Source: an uncultured Campylobacter sp.
GTDB lineage: Bacteria; Campylobacterota; Campylobacteria; Campylobacterales; Campylobacteraceae
DNA: 40,983 bases
NCBI GenBank assembly: GCA_963517705.1
Contig: CAUQHH010000001.1
Location: 1-40,983, forward strand
Reading direction: 5' to 3'
Part shown: in pieces, positions 22,420 to 30,913 of the stretch
How the letters are laid out: the number at the start of each line of letters is the position of its first letter
Position numbering within the stretch: position 1 is the first letter of the stretch
Made by a program: the position numbers and the translations under genes
Notes under the pieces: generated by a model
Told to the model about the DNA's origin: nothing
The model's input: the letters and a program-made list of their open reading frames with translations, nothing else
The model's database searches: none

Positions 22420-23084
22420 TTGCCCTCTCCTAAAATCTCAAGCGCGGTTTTAGCGGCTTTTTGCTCGGCTTCTTTTTTGCTTTTGCCAGCAGCTCGCGAG
22501 ATTTCGCGCTCGTTTAGCATCAGCGCGATCTCAAATTCTTTCTTATGATCGGGGCCTTTTGAGCCCACCAGCACGTATTTTGGTATCTGGGCAAAGCGCG
22601 CTTGAGTGAGCTCTTGCAGCGCGGTTTTGTAGTCTTTTACCATGCGGTCGAAATTTATATCGGGGTAGCATCTCTCAAAGGCCTTTAGGCTAGCCGCGCG
22701 CACGGCGTCAAAGCCGCTTTCTAGGTAGATCGCGCCCATCAGCGCCTCGAAAGCGTCTGATAAGATCGAAGCTTTTAGCCGTCCGCCGTTGTGCTCCTCA
22801 GCCGGCGAGATGTTGATAAGCTGGCCCAAATTTAGATATTTGGCGAGTTCGGCAAAGCTTTTTTCATTTACGAGCGCGGCGCGTAGTTTGCTTAGATCGC
22901 CTTCGCTTAGGCGCGAAAATTTGTGAAAAAGATAATCCCCGATCACCAGATCCATAACCGCATCACCCAAAAACTCGAGCCTTTCGTTGTTTGCGCCGCC
23001 TTTTACGCTTTTGTGTGTGAGCGCGGTTTTTAGCAGTTTTTCGTCTTTAAATTTATATCCTAATTTCTCTTCCAAATTTCGCAT
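22416..23084 (-). CDS. rnc: ribonuclease III
   Basis: NERLEFLGDA signature plus dsRBD (DYKTALQE..KSKKEAEQ). Confidence 0.98.
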   Translation of the reverse strand: MRNLEEKLGYKFKDEKLLKTALTHKSVKGGANNERLEFLGDAVMDLVIGDYLFHKFSRLSEGDLSKLRAALVNEKSFAELAKYLNLGQLINISPAEEHNGGRLKASILSDAFEALMGAIYLESGFDAVRAASLKAFERCYPDINFDRMVKDYKTALQELTQARFAQIPKYVLVGSKGPDHKKEFEIALMLNEREISRAAGKSKKEAEQKAAKTALEILGEGK

Positions 23085-23521
23085 TATTCGCCTTTTAAGC
23101 TATTTTTTATCTTTACGGCTTGTTCGCGCGCCATCTCGTCGCAAAACTCGTTTTGCGGGTGTCCGGCGTGGCCTTTGACCCAGATCGCCTCGACCTCGTG
23201 CGGCTCGCTAGCGGCCAGATACTCCTGCCACAGCGGGACGTTTTTTACGTTTTTAAAGCTTTTCTTCACCCAGCCCTCTAGCCACGCATTTACGGCGTTT
23301 GCGACGTACGAGCTATCGGTGTAGAGCTTTACGTGGCACGGCTGTTTGAGAGCTTTTAGCCCCTCGATCGCTGCGCGCAGTTCCATTTGATTGTTTGTCG
23401 TGTGCGCTTCGCCGCCGCTTGCCGTTTTTTTGTGCTCGCCGTACTCTAGGATGTATGCCCAGCCGCCGGGGCCGGGATTGTCCAGGCACGAGCCGTCGCT
23501 AAAAAGGCATACTGTTTTCAT
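23084..23521 (-). CDS. rnhA: ribonuclease HI
   Basis: SDGSCLDNPGPGGW, TTNNQMEL, TDSSYV, WVKGHAGHPQNE. Confidence 0.98.
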   Translation of the reverse strand: MKTVCLFSDGSCLDNPGPGGWAYILEYGEHKKTASGGEAHTTNNQMELRAAIEGLKALKQPCHVKLYTDSSYVANAVNAWLEGWVKKSFKNVKNVPLWQEYLAASEPHEVEAIWVKGHAGHPQNEFCDEMAREQAVKIKNSLKGE

Positions 23522-24545
23522 CGGATTTTTCCGTAATGTGAGGCAAAATTTGCACGCTACCTAGCTCGCTACACATCGGACAGCGGTAAAAATGCATCGG
23601 AAAGGCGTTTTTACAGCTCTTGCAAACGTAGTTAAAGCTAAGCGCGGCCTTGTCGTAGTTTGCCGCTTTTAGTTTCTTTAAAACCTCTAGCTCAAAACCG
23701 AGCGCCGCGCCGTCCTCGTCGCTCATGCCTTTGATAAAAAACAGGCTCTTATACTCGGGATCGGTTAAATTTACGGGCGTATTTTGATAATAAACCAAAT
23801 CCAAAACGTCCCCTAGCGGCGGAAAATCGCTAAAATCCTTAAGCCCCGAACCGTTTAAATTTAACCTCTCCATCGCCATACGCCGCACGAGCACAAATTC
23901 GTCCTTTAGAGCTAAAATTTCGCTGATTTTGGCCGCTTCGTCCCTGCTTTTATCCGCTAAAATTTGCAGCGCCTTTATGTAGGCCGTCTGTGCTCTCACG
24001 CCCTCGCCGAGTTCTTGCAGCGCGTCCAAAGCCTGCAGTGCGCCCTCGTAGTCTTTTAGTTTTTCGAAAATTATCGTTAGGGATTTTAGCGCGATTTGAT
24101 TTCGCGGGGAGATTTTTAGCGCCTCTAAAAAGACGCTTTTTGCGCGCTCGAGAAAGCCCGCCTTAAAATAAGTCTGGCCAAGATCGGTAAAAATTTGCTC
24201 CTTTGCCGCGCGGTTTTTAGCCCGCTCTAAAGCTACGGCATAGACGTTGATAGCCTTTTCAAAATACCCGCTTTTTGAAAACGTCCCCGCCAAAAAGCAC
24301 ATCGTAGCCGTATCCGCGCCCGAGTTTATCAAAAGCTGCTTGTTTTCGTCGCTCAGGCCTTGAGATTTGCCGAATTTTTTTAAAAATCCCGCGATCTCCG
24401 CCTTTTCGTCTTTGCTCTTAAAAACGCCCCATGCGTAGCTAAAAACGGCGATCACGAGCACCGCGGCGACTAGCACCACGAGACCGAAAATCGGGTCTCT
24501 AAATTCGATAAAAAATATATCCAAAATGCCGCTTTCTAAAGTCAA
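23499..24545 (-). CDS. membrane-anchored TPR protein with C-terminal rubredoxin-like knuckle (LapB/YciM-like); start may be TTG 24524
   Basis: N-terminal TM helix, TPRs (LGQTYFKAGFLERAK), CKSC-x9-CPMC. Confidence 0.85.
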   Translation of the reverse strand: MTLESGILDIFFIEFRDPIFGLVVLVAAVLVIAVFSYAWGVFKSKDEKAEIAGFLKKFGKSQGLSDENKQLLINSGADTATMCFLAGTFSKSGYFEKAINVYAVALERAKNRAAKEQIFTDLGQTYFKAGFLERAKSVFLEALKISPRNQIALKSLTIIFEKLKDYEGALQALDALQELGEGVRAQTAYIKALQILADKSRDEAAKISEILALKDEFVLVRRMAMERLNLNGSGLKDFSDFPPLGDVLDLVYYQNTPVNLTDPEYKSLFFIKGMSDEDGAALGFELEVLKKLKAANYDKAALSFNYVCKSCKNAFPMHFYRCPMCSELGSVQILPHITEKSDENSMPF

Positions 24546-24587
24546 ATTTAACGCCGATTATAGCAAAACGATTGTATAATCTCGCTT

Positions 24588-26246
24588 ATGATCGATCCAA
24601 AATCAATAGAAAGACTAAAAGCGCAAACCGATATCGTCGATATCGTCGGGCACTATCTGCCGCTGAAAAAAAGCGGAGCGAACTTCGTGTGCGTCTGCCC
24701 GTTTCACGACGATAAAAACCCGAGCATGAGCGTGAGCCCGTCGCGCGGGATATTTCACTGCTTTTCGTGCAAAGCCGGCGGCGACGCGATCAAATTCGTG
24801 ATGGACTACGAAAAGCTAAGCTACCCCGAAGCTGTCGAAAAGATCGCGGGACTGCAAAATTTCACGCTAAACTACGTGCGCAGCGGCGAACCGGCGAAGG
24901 AAAACAAGCACATCCTAGAAAACGCAAACGCCTTTTACCGCTCGCTGCTTTATAAAACCCCCGCGGCCGTCGAGTATCTCTACTCGCGCGGTATAACCGA
25001 CGAGCTGATAGATAAATTTGAACTAGGTTTCGCGCCTGAGAGCGCGCAAACGATAAGACTACTGCAAAACGAGCAAATAGAGCCAAAAGAAGCCCTAGAA
25101 GTCGGTATCGTAAAGCAAAACGAAAACGGCATCTACGCTAGTTTCATAAACCGCATCACCTTTCCTATCTACACGCACGCGGGACGGCTAGTGGGTTTTG
25201 GCGGACGTACGATCAGCGGCAACCCCGCTAAATACGTAAATTCGCCCCAGTCCGCAGTTTTTGACAAATCAACGCTTTTTTACGGCTACCATCTGGCAAA
25301 GCGCGAAATTTTCAGCAAAAATCAGATCATCATCACCGAAGGCTACATGGACGTCATTATGCTGCATAAGGCGGGCTTTAACAACGTCGTAGCCGTGCTT
25401 GGAACCGCGCTCACGACCAAGCACTTGCCGCTTTTAAAACGCGGCGAGATTAGCGTCATCTTGTGTTTTGACGGCGACGACGCGGGCATAAACGCCGCGA
25501 CAAAGTCCGCTCTGCTGCTCGCGCAAAACGAAATCGACGGCAGCGTCGTCATCATAGAAGGCGGCGCAGATCCAGCCGATATGGTGGTAGCGGGCAAAAT
25601 AGAGTATCTGCGGCAAATTTTTGAAAGCGGCACGGAGATCGGCGAATTTTACATCAGGCATCTAGCTAGCGGCTTTGACCTCTCGCGCCCCGTGCAAAAG
25701 CAAAAGGCGCTAGAGGCGATCCAGGCCTTTACGACGAGTCTAAAGCCCATCGTCGCAAACTCCTACGTCCCGCTCGTGGCTAAAATTTTAAATATAGCCG
25801 AGGGGTCGTTTTGGCTAACTAGAGGTGCAAATACGCAAGCCGCTCAGGAGCGCATGCAAGCCTACGAAATGCAAAATTTGGGCAAAAATCAGCGCGGTCG
25901 TAAAGATATACTTGAAATTCGGTTTTTAAAAACAATGATCGAAAATCCAAATTTTAAAAAAATTGTTTTAGAAAATTTAAAAACTGAGTATTTCGTCCGT
26001 CACAGAGATATTTACGAAGCGGTTGCACAGGGGGCTAATGCAGACGATCCTGCTGTTCGCGAGCTGATGTTTGAAAACTACGACGCCTTTAAAGACGAGG
26101 ATGAAATTTTAAAAAATATAGTTATTTTAAAAGTGAGATTTTACGAGAATTTGCACAAAGAATATTCGGCAAAACAAATTCCTTTAGAGGAAAAAAAACA
26201 AATACTATCAAAAATAAAAAAAATTATCGAGGAACTTAAAAAATGA
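24588..26246 (+). CDS. dnaG: DNA primase
   Basis: CPFHDDKNPS..CFSC zinc finger, GFGGR, KYVNSP, TOPRIM EGYMDV / CFDGDDAG. Confidence 0.98.
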   Translation: MIDPKSIERLKAQTDIVDIVGHYLPLKKSGANFVCVCPFHDDKNPSMSVSPSRGIFHCFSCKAGGDAIKFVMDYEKLSYPEAVEKIAGLQNFTLNYVRSGEPAKENKHILENANAFYRSLLYKTPAAVEYLYSRGITDELIDKFELGFAPESAQTIRLLQNEQIEPKEALEVGIVKQNENGIYASFINRITFPIYTHAGRLVGFGGRTISGNPAKYVNSPQSAVFDKSTLFYGYHLAKREIFSKNQIIITEGYMDVIMLHKAGFNNVVAVLGTALTTKHLPLLKRGEISVILCFDGDDAGINAATKSALLLAQNEIDGSVVIIEGGADPADMVVAGKIEYLRQIFESGTEIGEFYIRHLASGFDLSRPVQKQKALEAIQAFTTSLKPIVANSYVPLVAKILNIAEGSFWLTRGANTQAAQERMQAYEMQNLGKNQRGRKDILEIRFLKTMIENPNFKKIVLENLKTEYFVRHRDIYEAVAQGANADDPAVRELMFENYDAFKDEDEILKNIVILKVRFYENLHKEYSAKQIPLEEKKQILSKIKKIIEELKK

Positions 26247-27229
26247 AAGCATTAGTTTTATTTAGCGGCGGGCTGGACAGCATGATCGCCATCAAGCTGC
26301 TGACAACCCAAGGCATCGACGTCACGGCGGTGCACATCGATATCGGCTTTAGCGGCGACGAGAAAAAGGCAGAAATTTTACGTCGCCGCGCGAACGAAGC
26401 CGGAGCCGAGCTTAAAATAATCGATATCAGAAACGAATACCTGCGCGATGTGCTTTTTACGCCAAAGCACGGTTACGGCAAGCACTTTAACCCATGCATC
26501 GACTGCCACGGATATATGTTTAAAACCGCGCTTGCGATGATGCGCTCGGAGGGTGCGGACTTTATCGCGACCGGTGAAGTGATCGGCCAGCGTCCGATGA
26601 GTCAGAGACGCGACGCGATGGCGCAGGTCAAAAACGCTGCCGGCGACGAGGAGGATCTCATCCTGCGTCCGATGTCTGCGCAGCTGATGAAGCCCACAAA
26701 ACCGGAGCGCGAGGGCTGGGTCGATCGCAGCAAACTGCTCGCCATCAGCGGACGCGACCGCAAAAGGCAGCTCGCGCTTGCGAAAGAGTTTGGCTTTAGT
26801 GAGTACGAGACGCCCGGTGGCGGGTGCCTACTCACGATCGAGAGCTTTGCGAATAAAATCAAAGATTTCATCAAATTTGACCCGGATATGACGAGCGCGG
26901 ATATGCAGCTACTGCGCCTCGGACGCCATCTGCGCCTACCAAACGGCACCAAAATGGTCATCGGCCGCGATGAAAACGACAACGCCAAACTGCTAGCTCT
27001 AAATAATCCGAAATTTACTCAGATCAAATTTGACAGCGATATCGTGGGCGCGGTGAGTTTCATTGACGCTAAATTTAACGAGGCCGACCTCGAGTTTGCC
27101 GTGCGGCTGGCGCTTGCCTACACCAGAGCAGATAAGGATACGGCGGTGCTGGCTAGGATCGGCGAGCGCGAGATTTGCGTGAAGCCTTTTGAGAGTAAAG
27201 AGCCCGCGCAGGAGTTTTTTGTTAGTTAA
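26243..27229 (+). CDS. PP-loop tRNA sulfurtransferase-like protein (ThiI/MnmA-like)
   Basis: FSGGLDS PP-loop, NPCIDCH, TGEVIGQRPMSQ, PGGGCLLT. Confidence 0.85.
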   Translation: MKALVLFSGGLDSMIAIKLLTTQGIDVTAVHIDIGFSGDEKKAEILRRRANEAGAELKIIDIRNEYLRDVLFTPKHGYGKHFNPCIDCHGYMFKTALAMMRSEGADFIATGEVIGQRPMSQRRDAMAQVKNAAGDEEDLILRPMSAQLMKPTKPEREGWVDRSKLLAISGRDRKRQLALAKEFGFSEYETPGGGCLLTIESFANKIKDFIKFDPDMTSADMQLLRLGRHLRLPNGTKMVIGRDENDNAKLLALNNPKFTQIKFDSDIVGAVSFIDAKFNEADLEFAVRLALAYTRADKDTAVLARIGEREICVKPFESKEPAQEFFVS

Positions 27230-27504
27230 ATTTAGGAGCTTTAAATTTGCCTGATTTTCGGAAAATGGCAAATTTAAGCGGCTCGAAGCGCTTAAGTTTT
27301 TGTCGTCTTTCATTAAATTTACCGCAAATTTTAGAGTCCGCGCACGGATAAATTTCAAATTTACAATACAAGCACTTTATTTTAATCAGGCAAAATTTAA
27401 TTTATCTTGCGATATACCAAAATCAAAATGATACTGGCTTTTATTTTATTTTGATATATTTTAAGTATAATTCTCAATTTAATATAATAATGAGAGTTTT
27501 TGCG

Positions 27505-28119
27505 ATGGATTATCAAGGATTATTTTTATTGGCGCAGTTTTTAAACGAGAGAAAAAAGGCAAGTCGTAAAGAGATAGCGGAGTTTTTATCGCGCGAAACG
27601 GGTGCGAGTCAAAGCAAAACCGACGCGCTTTTAAGCGCTATAGCAAATAGCCCTAAAATTCAAGCTTTGTCGCAAGAAAAAAGGATCGTTTTAAAGACTT
27701 CGCGCGGGATTTACGAGATAAGTAAAACCGGCGAAAAACTACTAAAAAGCAAAGACGCTCGGCAAAATTTTGAAGCTTGGATCGGCGACGTTTACGGCGA
27801 AACCGCGACGCAAAAACCGCAAAATTTACCAGCGCCCAAAACTAAAAAATACCTAAAAACCATCACCGCTCTCGTCGTCCACGAGATAAAGGACAAAATG
27901 ATCGGCGAAGCAATCAAAAAGCCGATAGAAGCGATAAAATCGCTCGCTCTAAAGCTCATGAAAAAGCATAAATATCTAGGCAAATTTTATGCTTTTAGAC
28001 ACGTTTTTTTGGCACTTTTGGCTGCCAAGATCGCGTTTGACGTCGTCAAATTCTTTAAAAATCGCAAGCTAGAAAAACTGCTTGCAGGCAATCAACCGGT
28101 AGGCTACTATATAAATTAG
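27505..28119 (+). CDS. hypothetical protein with an N-terminal winged-helix (Mrr-N-like) region and a C-terminal hydrophobic helix; start uncertain (27490 or 27505)
   Basis: SRKEIAEFL..RGIYEISKTGEKLL resembles a wHTH; hydrophobic FYAFRHVFLALLAAKIAF. Confidence 0.6.
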   Translation: MDYQGLFLLAQFLNERKKASRKEIAEFLSRETGASQSKTDALLSAIANSPKIQALSQEKRIVLKTSRGIYEISKTGEKLLKSKDARQNFEAWIGDVYGETATQKPQNLPAPKTKKYLKTITALVVHEIKDKMIGEAIKKPIEAIKSLALKLMKKHKYLGKFYAFRHVFLALLAAKIAFDVVKFFKNRKLEKLLAGNQPVGYYIN

Positions 28120-28232
28120 CTGAAAACAATAAACGATTTATTGTAAATTTATTTTTTGAAAAATTTAACATTATGTTTTTGTCGTCTGCGCGCAACAGAC
28201 CAAACAATGCTATGATTGCAAAAAATTTATTA

Positions 28233-28461
28233 CTTCAAAACTCCAACGGAGTAAAATTTAACAATAGCGCGGGTGTTCCTCGCCGCCTTGCCCCACGAGT
28301 CTCAAACTCCAACGGAGTAAATTTTAACAGGCTGAATCAAATAACCGTTATTCGTACAGTTGCTAGTTTCAAACTCCAACGGAGTAAATTTTAACGGTGT
28401 TTGTTATTTCGCACAAATGCCCTAAGTCGGCGTTTCAAACTCCAACGGAGTAAATTTTAAC
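28233..28461 (-). CRISPR. orphaned trailer segment of the array: 4 repeats, 3 spacers (36, 37, 36 bp)
   Basis: Repeats at 28233 (degenerate, CTTCAAAACTCC..AAAATTTAAC), 28299 (one mismatch), 28366 and 28432. Degeneracy at the left marks the trailer end. Confidence 0.95.
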
Positions 28462-28530
28462 ACCGAAATTTGCGGTATTATGTAGCATCCGCACAAGACT
28501 TTCATTCTAAAATCCGCTAAAATTCAGCCT

Positions 28531-28539
28531 ATTATAGCA
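28531..28539 (-). promoter_or_regulatory. outward-facing extended -10 (TGCTATAAT) inside the left end of the transposon
   Basis: ATTATAGCA on the + strand, the same 9-mer found upstream of host genes at 2525-2533 and 24557-24565. Confidence 0.55.
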
Positions 28540-28556
28540 TATCATAAAGGATTTAT

Positions 28557-28973
28557 ATGGCCGAATCTCACGTAATATCCGCTCTAGTATCTAAACATTC
28601 CGAGCTTCAAGGAAATATCAAATATCATCAAGAAATCGTTTTAAAGCTAAAATCCGAGCTTGAAACCATAGATAAGGCTATTGCGATATTCGACCCTAGT
28701 TATAAAACTACGTTCATTCGAGCTAAGAGAATTAGTAATTCTTCGTATTTTCCTCACGGTGAGCTAAATCGTAGGATTATAGAATGTGTAAAAATAAAGC
28801 CTAGCACTGTAAATGAAATAGCCGAGTATGTTTTTAAAGATGAGCAAGTAGATGACGCTCTTATAGCCAAGTATAAGCAAAACATATCCTCTTTAATTTC
28901 AAAGCTCATAAAAAGAGGAACTGTCTCGTTATTTACCGACAACGGAGTTAAATTTTATAAGATAGCTTCCTAA
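28557..28973 (+). CDS. transposon accessory protein (N-terminal coiled coil plus C-terminal wHTH-like region), convergent with the transposase
   Basis: AAAGGA SD; heptad region SELQGNIKYHQEIVLKLKSELETIDKAI; TVNEIAEY..ISKLIKRGTV is HTH-like. Confidence 0.8.
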   Translation: MAESHVISALVSKHSELQGNIKYHQEIVLKLKSELETIDKAIAIFDPSYKTTFIRAKRISNSSYFPHGELNRRIIECVKIKPSTVNEIAEYVFKDEQVDDALIAKYKQNISSLISKLIKRGTVSLFTDNGVKFYKIAS

Positions 28974-29980
28974 GCTCCAAGCCTTTCGGCTACTCTGTGA
29001 TTGCCTTGCCAGTAACCGCAGAATTCATTTGAGATTGAATTATTAGCCAAACATCTTGATAAAATATCGTCCATTATAGACTTATTATCTAGTCTTCTAG
29101 TGTCTTCTCTATATGCTATCTCGTTAGCATAGTTTGAAAGATAAAGCGTTCCTAGCTTATGGCATTGACCGTATTGCAAGCGTCTAAATCTAGCGTTAAA
29201 ACTTTCCGATTGATTGTTATTCTCTCTGTTTAGTCCCGAATACTCTATTTGGTGGTTTACTCTTTTTAAATCGTAATGAGCTAGCAAATCGTCGTAAGCC
29301 GAGTTTTCATCGGTATAAATTTCGCTGTTTGGCGCAATATGCGATTTAGCGATAGCGTTTATATCTATATTATTTTCGCTTTTTAGAATAAAGGTCTTAG
29401 TTTTACTAGCTCCGCTTCCAAGCAAATTTCTCTCTCTAAGCGATATTATAACTCGTTTATTAGGCTTAAAAGCCTTACGCCTATCTATTCTATCGTTTAT
29501 ATTATTAGCGGGTTTTATATAGTTTCCGACGTATACTCCGTCCATTTCGACTACTCCGCTAAATTTATTTCCGCTATCGCTAGTCATAAGACTTTCTCTG
29601 ATTTTATGAGATAAGACCCAAGCCGTTTTATATTGAACATCTAGGTCTCTACTAAGCTGTAAGGCTGAAATACCTTTCGTAGCGTTTGAGAATATGACGA
29701 TGGCAAGAAGTATGACCTTAAAATCAAGCTTATGAGAGTGAAATATCGTTCCGCTTGTAAGGCTAAAAGTATGAAAGCAATCCTTGCAGCGATATTGTAG
29801 TCTACTTTCTATAAAATAGTGAGACGATGCGCTTCCGCAAGTCGGACAAACGGGATTACCTTTATTGTCGCTCCAACGAATCGACTTAAAATACTCGTAA
29901 CACTCGTTCTCGCTCATAGAAGCTATCTTTCTAACGGAGATTGTTCTGGCTTTAGACGAGAGAAGGAAGTGTTGGGACAT
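28970..29980 (-). CDS. IS1595-family DDE transposase
   Basis: Zn ribbon CPTCG..CKDC, SGTIFH, KGISALQLSRDL..YKTAW, catalytic VEMDG / YTDE / NQSES; uninterrupted 336 aa. Confidence 0.96.
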   Translation of the reverse strand: MSQHFLLSSKARTISVRKIASMSENECYEYFKSIRWSDNKGNPVCPTCGSASSHYFIESRLQYRCKDCFHTFSLTSGTIFHSHKLDFKVILLAIVIFSNATKGISALQLSRDLDVQYKTAWVLSHKIRESLMTSDSGNKFSGVVEMDGVYVGNYIKPANNINDRIDRRKAFKPNKRVIISLRERNLLGSGASKTKTFILKSENNIDINAIAKSHIAPNSEIYTDENSAYDDLLAHYDLKRVNHQIEYSGLNRENNNQSESFNARFRRLQYGQCHKLGTLYLSNYANEIAYREDTRRLDNKSIMDDILSRCLANNSISNEFCGYWQGNHRVAERLGA

Positions 29981-30125
29981 TTTTAAGCCTTTTATGTATT
30001 TTTATTTTTGATATATGTATTATACATAGATATTGCTTAAAATACTATAAGTTATTTACCTAAATTTACTTGCTTTTAAATTAAGAAAAATTGTATAATA
30101 CGCTTATATATAATTAAGGCACATA

Positions 30126-30335
30126 ATGAATTACGATGAATTTTTATTAAAGCTTAAAGAAGCAGGAATAGATAGAGACGAATTTGCCGAGCTTACTAAG
30201 ACGAACAAGCTAACTATGAACGGCTGGGCTACGACTAGGCAAGGTAGAAAAACACCAGAGTGGGTGGATAGTTGGATTAATTTATATCTTTCAAATAGAG
30301 ACAAGGATATAATTATAAGAGAGTTGAGGAGATAA
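30126..30335 (+). CDS. small XRE/Cro-like HTH regulator, divergent from the transposase
   Basis: IDRDEFAELTKTNKLTMNGW..PEWV; TTGCTT-18 bp-TATAAT promoter at 30070-30099. Confidence 0.75.
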   Translation: MNYDEFLLKLKEAGIDRDEFAELTKTNKLTMNGWATTRQGRKTPEWVDSWINLYLSNRDKDIIIRELRR

Positions 30336-30604
30336 AATGCTAGGAACCAAAATAGTACTAAACGAAGAAAAAAAGAATTTTTTGCTTTGCAAAATGAGCG
30401 TAGCGACCCGAAGGGGCATTTCTAAGGGAAGCGAAGTGACCGAGTAAAAAACTACTTAGCCCTGCTGCTTCCCTAATTTTTTACTTCGTTGCACTCGCAA
30501 CTACTAGCAGAAGTGCGGGAGCGAGTAGCTGACTTATAGCACGCTCTTAAATTTATTAAGTTAAATTTAAATAAAATAACACACTAAACAAGGGGCGACA
30601 GCAA

Positions 30605-30871
30605 ATGACACTAGCACAAATGCTTGAAGGAATTCATAAGCAAATAGAAGATCTTGAAATGAAAGACATATCTCAAAAAGAGATGGCTCAAAGACTAGGA
30701 ATTTCACTGAGTGCTTATGCTTCTTGGTTAGGTGATACTAAAAAACCAAAAGCTATGAGCGCACTTCTTGATATGTTAGCTATGCTTGATGATGAGGGTA
30801 TGGTTATGGTTGTGAGAGAGTGGGAGAGTAGCAAAAAAGAAAAATCAAAAGAGGATAAAAAATGGCAGTAA
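30605..30871 (+). CDS. XRE-family HTH regulator upstream of mod-res (possible R-M controller)
   Basis: ISQKEMAQRLGISLSAYASWL is a classic XRE HTH; AAGGGG SD. Confidence 0.8.
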   Translation: MTLAQMLEGIHKQIEDLEMKDISQKEMAQRLGISLSAYASWLGDTKKPKAMSALLDMLAMLDDEGMVMVVREWESSKKEKSKEDKKWQ

Positions 30872-30913
30872 TAACGAAGAAAGATATTGCAATTGAAGCA
30901 TTAAGGAAATAAA

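Noticed and set aside
26999..27358. 119-aa minus-strand ORF
   Set aside because: Overlaps the PP-loop gene antisense and runs through AAATTT-rich intergenic DNA.
28173..28394. 73-aa ORF
   Set aside because: It is a translation of CRISPR repeats and spacers (repeated SNGV..F).
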